From positions 66,936 through 130,935 of the forward strand of contig SVQW01000005.1 of assembly GCA_015065085.1 (NCBI GenBank): a DNA stretch of 64,000 nt, given 5' to 3'. This document shows positions 44,933-54,300 of the stretch, piece after piece; the stretch's first letter is position 1, and each line of letters begins with the position of its first letter. A model generated the notes under the pieces. That model saw only the letters and a program-made list of their open reading frames with translations, was not told where the DNA came from and ran no database searches. The position numbers and the translations under genes were made by a program. This DNA is from Oscillospiraceae bacterium (lineage in GTDB: Bacteria > Bacillota > Clostridia > Oscillospirales > SIG627).

Positions 44933-45080
44933 GCAGGGTAAGCCCTGCACCCAATCCGCGTACCGAGTGCAGCGCGAACATCATGCACGCGAAGCACTGT
45001 TCATGTTCGATTAAGCAGGTCACTTGCGTGACGGCGTATCGTGTACCGAGTGCAGTGCGAACATCATGCACGCGAAGCAC
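44906..45080 (+). repeat. About 83-bp tandem repeat (~2.1 copies) starting inside the last 27 nt of lpd
   Basis: cgcgaagcactgttcatgttcga[c/t]taagcagg occurs at 44906 and 44988. gtaccgagtgcag[c/t]gcgaacatcatgcacgcgaagcac occurs at 44960 and 45043. Confidence 0.85.
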
Positions 45081-45144
45081 CGCAGCAATTCAGATACAAA
45101 AACAGTAAAAAATAATATAATGAATATAAAGGAGATTTCCGACT

Positions 45145-47625
45145 ATGCCTAAGAGTTTATTCGTTGACCCCAAAGAGGTCAGAAAAGCGGGCTTTGTTCA
45201 CTTTGAAGACATTCCCGTAAACCAGTACAACAAAACACTGGCAGAAGAAAAGAAGCTTTACACCAAAGCAGATTTCATGCGCATTTATCGTGACATGGCT
45301 ACCATCCGTGAGTTTGAGACCATGCTCAACGACATCAAGACCAAGAGCGCATACAACGGCGTAGAGTACAACAACCCCGGTCCTGCTCACCTTTCCATCG
45401 GTCAGGAAGCTACCGCAGTTGGTCAGGCTTACGTGCTTGACGTAAATGACTACATCTTCGGTTCTCACAGAAGCCACGGCGAAATCATCGCTAAGGGTCT
45501 TTCTGCAATCGAAAAGCTCACCGAAGCTGAAGTCGAAGACGTAATGAAGAACTTCCTGGGCGGTAACATCTACTCTATCGTTGAGAAGAATATGCCCAGC
45601 AAGAAGGACGGCATCAAAGAACTTGCCATCGACTTCCTGCTTTACGGTGCACTTGCTGAAATCTTTGCTCGTACCACCGGCTTCAGCCGCGGTCTGGGCG
45701 GTTCCATGCACGCATTCTTCCTGCCCTTCGGTATCTACCCCAACAATGCTATCGTTGGCGGTTCCGCAGGTATCGCATTCGGTGCAGCTCTTTATAAGAG
45801 AGTAAACAAGAAGCCCGGTATCGTTGTTGCCAACTCCGGTGACGGCGCGCTGGCTCGCGGACCTGTTTGGGAAGCATTTGTTATGTCCACCATGGACCAG
45901 ATCAAGAAGCTGTGGGATGAAGAGCACAACGGCGGTGTTCCGATACTCTTCAACGTTAATAACAACTTCTACGGTATGGGCGGTCAGACCTACGGTGAAA
46001 CCATGGGCTACAACATCGCTGCACGTATCGGTGCCGGTGTAACTCCCAACCAGATGCTTGCTGAACGTGTTGACGGCTACAATCCTCTTGCAGTTATCGA
46101 CGCATACACCAGAAAGAAGGCTCAGCTGCTCAAGGGCGAGGGTCCTGCTCTTCTGGATATCGTTACCTACCGTATCTCCGGCCACTCTCCTTCCGACTCC
46201 TCCACTTACAGAACTCCCGAGGAAATCGAGACCTGGAAGAACGAGGATGTTCTGGTTGCATTCGAAACCAAGATGGTTAAGGGCAAAATTGCTACTGCCG
46301 CTGAGTTCGAAGCTATCAGAGAAAAGATCAAGGAGCGCATGACCAACATCATTAAGCTTGCTATCAACGATGAGATCTCTCCCCGTATGGACCTTGCAAA
46401 GGATCCCGGCGCTATTGCAGACATTATGTTCTCCAACCAGCACGTTGATTCCATGGATCCCGACCGCAAGCCCGACGTTCTCATTCCTCTTGAAGAGAAC
46501 CCCCGCGTAAAAGCTCTCAAGGCCAAGGCTCGTTTTGCATTTGATGCTGACGGCAAGCCCGTACCCAAGGCTAAGGTATTCGGTCTGCGCGACGGTCTGT
46601 TCGAGGCTATTATCAATAAATTCTATACCGATCCTACCCTTATCGCTTACGGCGAAGACAACCGTGACTGGGGCGGCGCGTTCGCAGTTTACAGAGGTCT
46701 CACCGAAAGCCTTCCTTACCACAGATTCTTCAACTCTCCTATCTCCGAAGCCGCTATCGTAGGCTCCGCAGTAGGTTATGCTATGGCAGGCGGACGAGTT
46801 ATCGTTGAGCTTATGTACGCTGACTTTATCGGCTGTGCAGGCGACGAAATCTTCAACCAGCTGTCCAAGTGGCAGTCCATGAGCGCCGGAATCCTCAAGA
46901 TGCCCGTTATCGTACGTGTTTCCGTTGGTTCCAAGTACGGTGCTCAGCATTCTCAGGACTGGACCGCTCTCACTGCTCACATTCCCGGCCTGAAGGTTGT
47001 ATTCCCCTCCACTCCTTACGATGCTAAGGGTCTTATGAACGCCGCTCTTGCAGGCACCGACCCCGTTATCTTCTTCGAGAGCCAGAGAATTTACGACATC
47101 GGCGAGCAGTTCCATGAAGGCGGCGTACCCGAAGGATACTACGAAATCCCCATGGGCGAGCCCGATATCAAGCGCGCAGGTAAGGATATCACCATCGTTA
47201 CCATCGGTGCTGTTCTGTACAGAGCTCTGGAAGCTGCTAAGATTCTGGAAGAAAAGTACGGCATCTCCGCTGAAGTTATCGATACACGCTCTATTGTTCC
47301 TTTCAACTATGAAAAGGTTCTGGAATCCGTTAAGAAGACCGGTAAGATCGTGTTCGTAGGTGACGCTTGCGAGCGTCAGTCCGTAATGCGCGACATGGCT
47401 TCCACCGTTGCTGAGCTTGCATTCGATTACCTTGACGGACCTCCCGTAGTTGTAGGCTCCAGAAACTGGATCACTCCCGCGTTCGAGCTTGAAAAGTTCT
47501 TCTTCCCGCAGGCTGATACCATCATTGATGCTATCAATGAAAAGATTCTGCCCCTGCCCGGTCACGTTGCTAACTACAACTTCACCGACCTTGAGAAGAT
47601 CGACCGCAATAAGAAAGGCATCTAA
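45145..47625 (+). CDS. Fused E1 alpha-beta subunit of a TPP-dependent 2-oxoacid dehydrogenase (826 aa)
   Basis: The N-terminal half is E1-alpha-like (GQEA, HRSHG, and TPP motif GDGA...G...E..N). The C-terminal half is E1-beta-like (GEDNRDWGGAF..T.GL, F.SPISEAAIVG, then a transketolase C-terminal-like end). Confidence 0.85.
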   Translation: MPKSLFVDPKEVRKAGFVHFEDIPVNQYNKTLAEEKKLYTKADFMRIYRDMATIREFETMLNDIKTKSAYNGVEYNNPGPAHLSIGQEATAVGQAYVLDVNDYIFGSHRSHGEIIAKGLSAIEKLTEAEVEDVMKNFLGGNIYSIVEKNMPSKKDGIKELAIDFLLYGALAEIFARTTGFSRGLGGSMHAFFLPFGIYPNNAIVGGSAGIAFGAALYKRVNKKPGIVVANSGDGALARGPVWEAFVMSTMDQIKKLWDEEHNGGVPILFNVNNNFYGMGGQTYGETMGYNIAARIGAGVTPNQMLAERVDGYNPLAVIDAYTRKKAQLLKGEGPALLDIVTYRISGHSPSDSSTYRTPEEIETWKNEDVLVAFETKMVKGKIATAAEFEAIREKIKERMTNIIKLAINDEISPRMDLAKDPGAIADIMFSNQHVDSMDPDRKPDVLIPLEENPRVKALKAKARFAFDADGKPVPKAKVFGLRDGLFEAIINKFYTDPTLIAYGEDNRDWGGAFAVYRGLTESLPYHRFFNSPISEAAIVGSAVGYAMAGGRVIVELMYADFIGCAGDEIFNQLSKWQSMSAGILKMPVIVRVSVGSKYGAQHSQDWTALTAHIPGLKVVFPSTPYDAKGLMNAALAGTDPVIFFESQRIYDIGEQFHEGGVPEGYYEIPMGEPDIKRAGKDITIVTIGAVLYRALEAAKILEEKYGISAEVIDTRSIVPFNYEKVLESVKKTGKIVFVGDACERQSVMRDMASTVAELAFDYLDGPPVVVGSRNWITPAFELEKFFFPQADTIIDAINEKILPLPGHVANYNFTDLEKIDRNKKGI

Positions 47626-47628
47626 TAT

Positions 47629-47716
47629 AATTCGCAATTATCAATTAGCAATTAATGTTGAAAGCCGCGGACTTTTGTCCGCGGCTTTCTTCCATAATTC
47701 CGAAATTGCTTGCGAG
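47629..47716. repeat. Degenerate copy of the composite palindromic intergenic element; its central hairpin serves as the E1 terminator
   Basis: aattcgcaattatcaattagcaatt, then hairpin gttgaaagccgcgga-cttt-tgtccgcggctttc, then ccataattccgaaattgc. Confidence 0.7.
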
Positions 47717-47735
47717 ATTTTGGCATTAGCACATT

Positions 47736-47818
47736 CTGTTACAAACCGCCCGCGGTTTGTAACAAAACCCCTACGTTTTGTAACAAAAAACCGCCCTGTG
47801 TTACATGTGTGTTACAAA
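47736..47818 (+). promoter_or_regulatory. Cluster of five GTTACA(A)/TTTGTAAC motifs immediately upstream of the S-layer promoter (candidate operator array)
   Basis: tgttacaaa at 47737, tttgtaaca at 47756 (together a 13-bp-arm palindrome), tttgtaaca at 47777, tgtgttaca at 47797 and tgtgttacaaa at 47808. Confidence 0.5.
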
Positions 47819-47831
47819 CGATTAAAAGCTA

Positions 47832-47860
47832 TTGACATTTTTCCGTACTTGTTGTACAAT
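47832..47860 (+). promoter_or_regulatory. Consensus sigma-A promoter of the S-layer gene
   Basis: TTGACA (47832-47837), a 17-nt spacer, then TACAAT (47855-47860). AGGAGG lies before the ATG at 47913. Confidence 0.75.
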
Positions 47861-47912
47861 GACAATGCAAGAAAAACTTGCCACAAAATATTTTTTTTAG
47901 GAGGACTTTTCA

Positions 47913-50738
47913 ATGAAAAAGTTAGCAATGCTCTTAGCAGTACTCATGCTGGCAGTTGCAGCGTTCAGCGTTAGCGCTTTTGAAGACGTTACCGTTAACG
48001 ATGCTTGCTTTGATGCTGTTAACACTCTGACTTCCCTCGAAGTAATCAAGGGCAAGACTGAGACCACATTCGCACCCGAAGATCCCGTTACCCGTGAACA
48101 GATGGCTATGCTTTTCACCCGTCTGTACACTACCGTTAACATCGAAAACGGTGACAACCTCACTCCTTTCACCGACCTCGATGATCCTTACTTCAACAGC
48201 GCTATCGCATGGTGCTTTGATGCAAAGGTTATCAACGGTACAACCCCCACCACCTTCGAGCCTAAGGCTCACATCATTTACCAGGACGCTCTTACCATGG
48301 CTTGCCGTCTCCTCGGCTACACCAATCTTACATATCCCCTTGGCAACATCACCAAGGCTCGTCTGATTGGTCTTACCGAAGGCCTCGAAGGCACTGCATA
48401 TGACAAAGAGCTTACCCGTGGCGAAGTTGCTATCATTCTCTACAACGCTCTCGAAGCTGAAGGCGCTGAAGTAATCAAAGAGAACAAGGTTACTCTTTAC
48501 AACGGCTATCCTCTCGTAGAAGCTATTGAAAGAAACTTCGAAATCGCAATCGACGTTTACAACTTCAAGAAGGAAACCTACCAGATCGTTGCTACCGAAA
48601 ACTTCTTCATCGATCCTGCAAGAGGCACCGTTGACGAAGAGCAGTACGGTCTTATCGAAATCGTAGACGGCGAGCAGTTCGGCGACGTTGACACCTACGA
48701 CTTCGAAGAAATCGCAGTTGCAGAAGGCACCGTAAGCGATGACAACATCCTTGCTTACATCGAAATCCTCTACAGAGGCGAATCTCTCGACGACAAGAAG
48801 GCAGTTGTTCTTTCTTCCGTAATCAACTCTGACCTCGACGCAGAAGCTGATGTTGAAGTTTACTTCAAGAAGGAAAAGAGCACTGATAAAGAAGAAAAGG
48901 CTCAGAAGAACGCAATCCGCGTTAACGGCAAGGTATTTGACCTCACCGACGCTGATGAGCAGATCGTTTACTACATCAACGGCAACGAAATCAAGGTTGT
49001 AACCGACCTTTCTGTTGACGCTCCTGTATTCTACCAGACCAAGAAGGACCTCGACGCAGGTATGTACGCTCAGAAGATCGTTGACGTAGACAAGGACGCA
49101 ACTCCCGACTACATCATGTTCTTCCCCATGACCTTCGAAAAGGTTACCGGCATTTCCACCAAGGGCGTTTACAAGTTCGAAACCTCCGGTGAATTCAAGA
49201 CCGAAGAGGAAGAATGCACTCTCGTAATCAACGCTGAAGAAGTAGCAAAGGGCGACTATGTTCTGACCTACAAGTACGGTCCTTTCACCGTTGTTGACTC
49301 TGTTGTTGAGCCCCTGGTTACCACCATTACCAGAAGAACCGGCTCCAGCCTCGCAAACTACAAGTACACTCTCGCTACCGGCGACGTTGTAACCTTCGCA
49401 GATGCTAACTACCCCGTTGCAGGTACCTACATGGCAGCTAAGAAGCTCGACGCTTCCAACAAGGAAGATGTATTCTACATCATCAACGATAAGATCATCT
49501 ACACCGAAAAGGAAAGCGCTACCGGCTACGAAGCTTACAGCTACGCATTCTTCATTCAGGGCGGCGAGGTTGAAACCTCTGTTGATACCGAAGACGGTAC
49601 CGTTACAGACGTTAACACCATCATCGCATTCATGAACGGCAAGGCTGTTACTCTCCCCGTTGAAGCTGACAAGATCGACGACCTCACTCCTAAGTCCGTT
49701 ATCACTGTTACTGACATCAAGGATGGCAAGTACATTGTAGAAAACGGCATGGTTGCTGCTGACAAGATCGCTGCAGATAACGAAGATGGCTACGAACATC
49801 AGTTCGCAAGCGGCTCCGCTCAGATCTGGTACGACACCAACTCTAACATCTACAAGCTTTCTGCAAACAGCAAGATCTACAACATCGGCCTCACCGCTGA
49901 TTCCGAGCTGTACGCAGTTAACATGAAGAACGGCAATTACGACAGCGTTAAGCGCTACACCATGGCTAACATGCCTAAGTACGGCAAGACCACTCTTACC
50001 AACGTTATCATCGCAGCTGTTAAGGATGCTGATGAAAAGATCACCGGTTGGAACCTCCTCGTTGCTTACATCGCTGACGCTTCTCTCGTTGGTGATACCA
50101 ACAACGAATACCAGGATTACAGAATCGTTCTCTCTGCAGGTGAAGAAATCGACGACGAAGACAACACCTACACTGTATACGAAGTTCTGAACCCTGTTAC
50201 CGGTGCTACCGAAACCATCGTTGATACCACTGCTAACAGCACCATCTGGAGCGAAGGCACTCTGGTTCGCAAAGCTAACAACGGTTCCGTTAAGGCTGTA
50301 ATCAACGAAGACGTTGCTGACGGCGGCAAGTACGAAGTATTCAACGCTAACAACCTCCAGTCCGGCGCAGACACCAGAAAACTGATGCAGATCAACAAGC
50401 TCATCAATGATGATACTTTTGCAACTGTATTCAAGGGTCTCAACCAGGGCGAAATGGGCGATCCCGGCGAATACAGCCAGGAAATCAAGCTCAACGGCGT
50501 TAACATCGTTGTTATCGACATCGACGAAGACACCGACGAAATCACTGTTGAAGTAACCGAAGATGCTACCGAGCTCGAGGGCAAGGTTGTTAGAACCTTC
50601 GTTACCAGCGGTCTCAGCTACAAGCCTGCTTACATGGTAATTCTTCCTTGGCAGTGGGTTGACGCTGAAGGCGACTTCGCAGGCTTCGCTAACCTCGACG
50701 AATACTACGACGACTACGAAGAAGAAGTACTCGCATAA
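47913..50738 (+). CDS. SLH-domain S-layer / cell-wall-anchored surface protein (941 aa, highly acidic)
   Basis: Signal peptide MKKLAMLLAVLMLAVAAFSVSA. Tandem SLH-like units follow (FEDV..ACFDAVNTLTSLEVIKG......F.PEDPVTREQMAMLFTRLY; FTDLDDPYFNSAIAWCFDAKVINGT.PTTFEP). Codon bias is strong. Confidence 0.85.
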   Translation: MKKLAMLLAVLMLAVAAFSVSAFEDVTVNDACFDAVNTLTSLEVIKGKTETTFAPEDPVTREQMAMLFTRLYTTVNIENGDNLTPFTDLDDPYFNSAIAWCFDAKVINGTTPTTFEPKAHIIYQDALTMACRLLGYTNLTYPLGNITKARLIGLTEGLEGTAYDKELTRGEVAIILYNALEAEGAEVIKENKVTLYNGYPLVEAIERNFEIAIDVYNFKKETYQIVATENFFIDPARGTVDEEQYGLIEIVDGEQFGDVDTYDFEEIAVAEGTVSDDNILAYIEILYRGESLDDKKAVVLSSVINSDLDAEADVEVYFKKEKSTDKEEKAQKNAIRVNGKVFDLTDADEQIVYYINGNEIKVVTDLSVDAPVFYQTKKDLDAGMYAQKIVDVDKDATPDYIMFFPMTFEKVTGISTKGVYKFETSGEFKTEEEECTLVINAEEVAKGDYVLTYKYGPFTVVDSVVEPLVTTITRRTGSSLANYKYTLATGDVVTFADANYPVAGTYMAAKKLDASNKEDVFYIINDKIIYTEKESATGYEAYSYAFFIQGGEVETSVDTEDGTVTDVNTIIAFMNGKAVTLPVEADKIDDLTPKSVITVTDIKDGKYIVENGMVAADKIAADNEDGYEHQFASGSAQIWYDTNSNIYKLSANSKIYNIGLTADSELYAVNMKNGNYDSVKRYTMANMPKYGKTTLTNVIIAAVKDADEKITGWNLLVAYIADASLVGDTNNEYQDYRIVLSAGEEIDDEDNTYTVYEVLNPVTGATETIVDTTANSTIWSEGTLVRKANNGSVKAVINEDVADGGKYEVFNANNLQSGADTRKLMQINKLINDDTFATVFKGLNQGEMGDPGEYSQEIKLNGVNIVVIDIDEDTDEITVEVTEDATELEGKVVRTFVTSGLSYKPAYMVILPWQWVDAEGDFAGFANLDEYYDDYEEEVLA

Positions 50739-50770
50739 TTCGTTAATTTAACTTAATACTTAAGTTCCTA

Positions 50771-50799
50771 AGGGACCCGACGCAAGTCGGGTCCTTTTT
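50771..50799 (+). terminator. Rho-independent terminator of the S-layer gene
   Basis: gggacccgac-gcaa-gtcgggtcc followed by ttttt. Confidence 0.85.
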
Positions 50800-51178
50800 G
50801 TGTGTGTGCGTTGCAGGTGCAGAGCCGAAAAGAGCCGAACTCATGTCGGTTTCGAGGACGATTTTCGCCCCTTTCGGCGTTATTTTTTCTTGTAATATGT
50901 ACATATAACTGCGCAAAAATGCCTTGAAAGAAACAAAAATCGTTCCTTGAAACTTCCCTCGAACCGAGGAAAGATAATTTTCAAAGATGTATTTATGCCG
51001 GAAAGAAATTTTCTCGGCGGCATTAGTTCGACTCTTTTCGGCTATAGCCGATCCGCTTAAGCTATAATTGTCACGCGTGACAATTTTGCAAACCGCTGTA
51101 CGTAGCACTGCTCATGATGACATGTGGACGGCAGATGACGGCGGTTGGCGGAAAAACTGTTAAAATAGTAAAAATGTA

Positions 51179-51207
51179 TTGACTTTTTTATGGAAATATG
51201 CTACAAT
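51179..51207 (+). promoter_or_regulatory. Sigma-A-type promoter of the 1185-aa secreted paralogue, followed by a ~180-nt structured leader
   Basis: TTGACT (51179-51184), a 17-nt spacer, then TACAAT (51202-51207). The leader holds the perfect palindrome ACAAAAGGGTACCCTTTTGT (51236-51255) and the hairpin aacactgta-taca-tacagtgtt (51256-51277). Confidence 0.7.
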
Positions 51208-51387
51208 GTATGTGTATATTTGTACAAGAGTTTACACAAAAGGGTACCCTTTTGTAACACTGTATACATACAGTGTTATAACTCATTTTCAGCACTACAT
51301 ATTGTGTGTTGTAAACGCTTCGGCGATTACATATATTGACTTCCGGGTAAAGACATAAAATAGAAAAAATATATAAAGGAGTTTATC

Positions 51388-54300
51388 ATGAAAAAAGCAT
51401 TACTCACAATTTCTGCATTGCTTATTCTGTGTATGGCAATGACCTTGTGTGCGGGCGCTGTTATTCAGGATAGTGACATCGGTACATATATCCGTTTTGA
51501 CAGCCAGGAAAAAATCGACCTGCACACAGTGGGAAACCTCGGCGATATTTCAATGGATGCAGAGAACAATGCACTGCGCTACACCACCAGATACAAAACT
51601 GCCGATGGAAATGACCTTAATATGCGCGTGATTTTCGACGAGCGGGTTAAGATTGAAGACTATCCCTTTGTACGTATTACCTACAAAATGCCGACTACTC
51701 AGACCAGCGGCGCGGTTAACACTTCCTTTAGCAATGTGCACATGTTCGTTAACCAGAACGGTAATGACGAACACGGTCATATTTCCATTAATATCGGTAG
51801 CTACGGCAACACAATGACCGCAAATGACAAATGGGAAAGAATCATTTTCGATTTGAGAATTGCCAACAACAGCCGTACTACAACAGTGGACAAAGAAACT
51901 GTGCCTGTTGCCCCTGAAACTTATGCACATGACTTCCGTTTCGACTTCCCCAACAACGAAGCGGCAAACACTACTCATGAATATCTTATCTATGATGTAG
52001 GTATGTTCAAGACCGCCGAGGCGGCTGCGTCCTACAACGGCGTTCAGGATTTCTACTACCATGACCTTTCGGTTGCAGATAACGGTCTGACCTGGGAAAA
52101 GAAAGGCGGCGAAGTGTCTTTCACATATGACGAGGGCGAAAAGGCATATCTGTGGCATCATGTGTCGGGTGACTCCCGTATGCGCAGCTCTATGATAGAG
52201 TCCATAAACTGGTTCAGCCCTTCCACATGGCCTGTTTTCTCCACCTATTATAAGAGTACCGCCCCCTCATTAGCCACCTTCCTTTACAACGATGGTTACA
52301 GCCCTCGCAACGCAGACGGAACTGACAATACCTCTATAAAAAAAGTGGGCAGTATGGCAGAGGGTAAAATCAGTACAACCAATGGAAGCGGAGTCCTCAA
52401 CAGTAACGCTAAAGCAAACGAGTGGAGTGTGGGTAAGCTTAATATAGCTAATGCCTCCACAAACGCTCAGTTCAGCATTGCTACCGCCGCAGTGCTCACC
52501 AGACACGGCGGTGACTGGATAAATACCTCCGGTGATGAACAAGAAACTCACTTCAAGTACATCGCATACTATGCAACCGAAGAGGAAGCAAATAAAATGA
52601 CCGTAGGCGCTCCCGAGGTAACAGGTGTAATGCCTGCCGATAAGGAGACCGAAAACGGTAAGATCAGCGGCGTTACCGCCAAAATGGAATACCGCGCAGG
52701 CGGTAAGGGCGGCGAGTGGATTGCCATTACCGACAACGATATAACCGACGGCGCAATTTTTGTTGCTCCCGGTCAGGTTTACAGCGTTCGTTACAAGGCA
52801 ACCGAAACTGCAAACGCAGGTTACATTGCCGAGGTTTATGTACCTTACTACTTCAAGTTTAACCTTACCGGAGTTAAAAACGGAAGCAGTATGGAATTGT
52901 ACGATGCGGAAATAGATTACGTTGACGGCAGATGGAAGGTTGAGCTTCCCTATGGCTCTTCTCTTACCAATATCGTTCTTGTATTCGACCTGGAAAGCAA
53001 TGTTTCCAACGCATATCAGCTGTACAACAATACCCATGTAGCTGAAAACAAGAGCCGTGCCGGTGTAGCACTGTATCAGAATTCTCAGAATGTGGATGAC
53101 AGAAAAGCTGTTATATCCGGTGATAGTACAATCGACGCATCCGCAAGCACCGTACAACTTACCGCTGTTCAGCCCGGCGCAATTCACGAATACATCAATA
53201 TCGATGTTTCCGTGTCAGAAAGTCAGTATACCGACAAGGAAATTGTTGATATGGCTCTGGCGGCAATTGATGCGGCAGTAATACCCACCGATGATTTGTA
53301 TGCACTTTCTACCGCTGACGAAATCGAAAATGCGGTAAAAGGCACACTTGAAACCGCTATCTCCGGTTTCGCCGGTGCACAGCTTGCATTAGAGGCTGAG
53401 TTTATTTCTCCGGCTGCTTCGGGTACTGCAGAAAACAGAAACGGTACCGACGGTAAGGTAAATATTACCTGCACCGTTACCTATGACAGCTATACGGACA
53501 GCACTGTCAAGGAAGATGTTCCTGTCCCCGCAAAGCCTTTCCGCTGGATTCTCAATTTTGGCGGAAACGAAATCATGCTTGACAACATCAAGAGTAATGT
53601 GATTTACAACGGCGGTCTTGAAGTGGAAAACAAGGCTGATGACAGCTGTCTGGGCGGTTCTTATGCTCATATTTATAAAAGAACAGACGCTGAAGATACC
53701 GAGGGCTTCTACTTCAGTATTTATCCCGGTCAGAACGGCGTTCCCGCAATAGACGACCTTTCCGAATACAAGGTGGTTGTTTACAGCTACAAGCACAGCA
53801 ATAGCAGTGATAAAAATAACCAGCTTTACTACTACACCAACCTTTACTCCGGAGCCCATGCATATCAGAGCTTTAATATGAACAATACAGCAGGCGTTGC
53901 CGACACAGAGTGGCATCAGCGTCTGTACGAGATAAACGCATCCGGTAATCTTTCCGGTACTACTACAGGCGACTACTCCTGGAACGGTACTCCCCGTACT
54001 CTCAGATTTGACTTCCAGCGCGGTATCAACGAAGTAGGCGAGGAAAACAGATACGTTGACCTTGACTACATCGGTTTCTTCGCAACTATGGAGGAAGCAC
54101 AGGAATTTATCGCTAGCCCCGTGCTTGATTCCAATGCAGATGAAGAAGCACTTGAGGTTAAGTTCGCAGACGAGCTGGGTTGGGTTGCGGCAGGCAAGGC
54201 CGATGTAGACGCAGGTAAGTATGATTACACCGCTTCAACCGTTATTGAGCTTATGAATAATAATAATATGCTTCACGGTGCCGAAAATGGTATAGTGCTG

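Noticed and set aside
42119-47637. Very long minus-strand ORFs (943 aa at 42119-44950; 826 aa at 45157-47637) that mirror the E2/E3/E1 genes.
   Set aside because: Their translations are low-complexity and non-protein-like (runs of G/V/S/N/C, no motifs). The plus-strand genes carry unambiguous E2, E3 and E1 motifs and ribosome-binding sites. These are stop-free antisense shadows caused by strong codon bias.
50743-51108. 121-aa minus-strand ORF between the S-layer gene and the secreted paralogue.
   Set aside because: It reads through the S-layer terminator hairpin and the inverted-repeat region. It has no RBS and its sequence is not protein-like.
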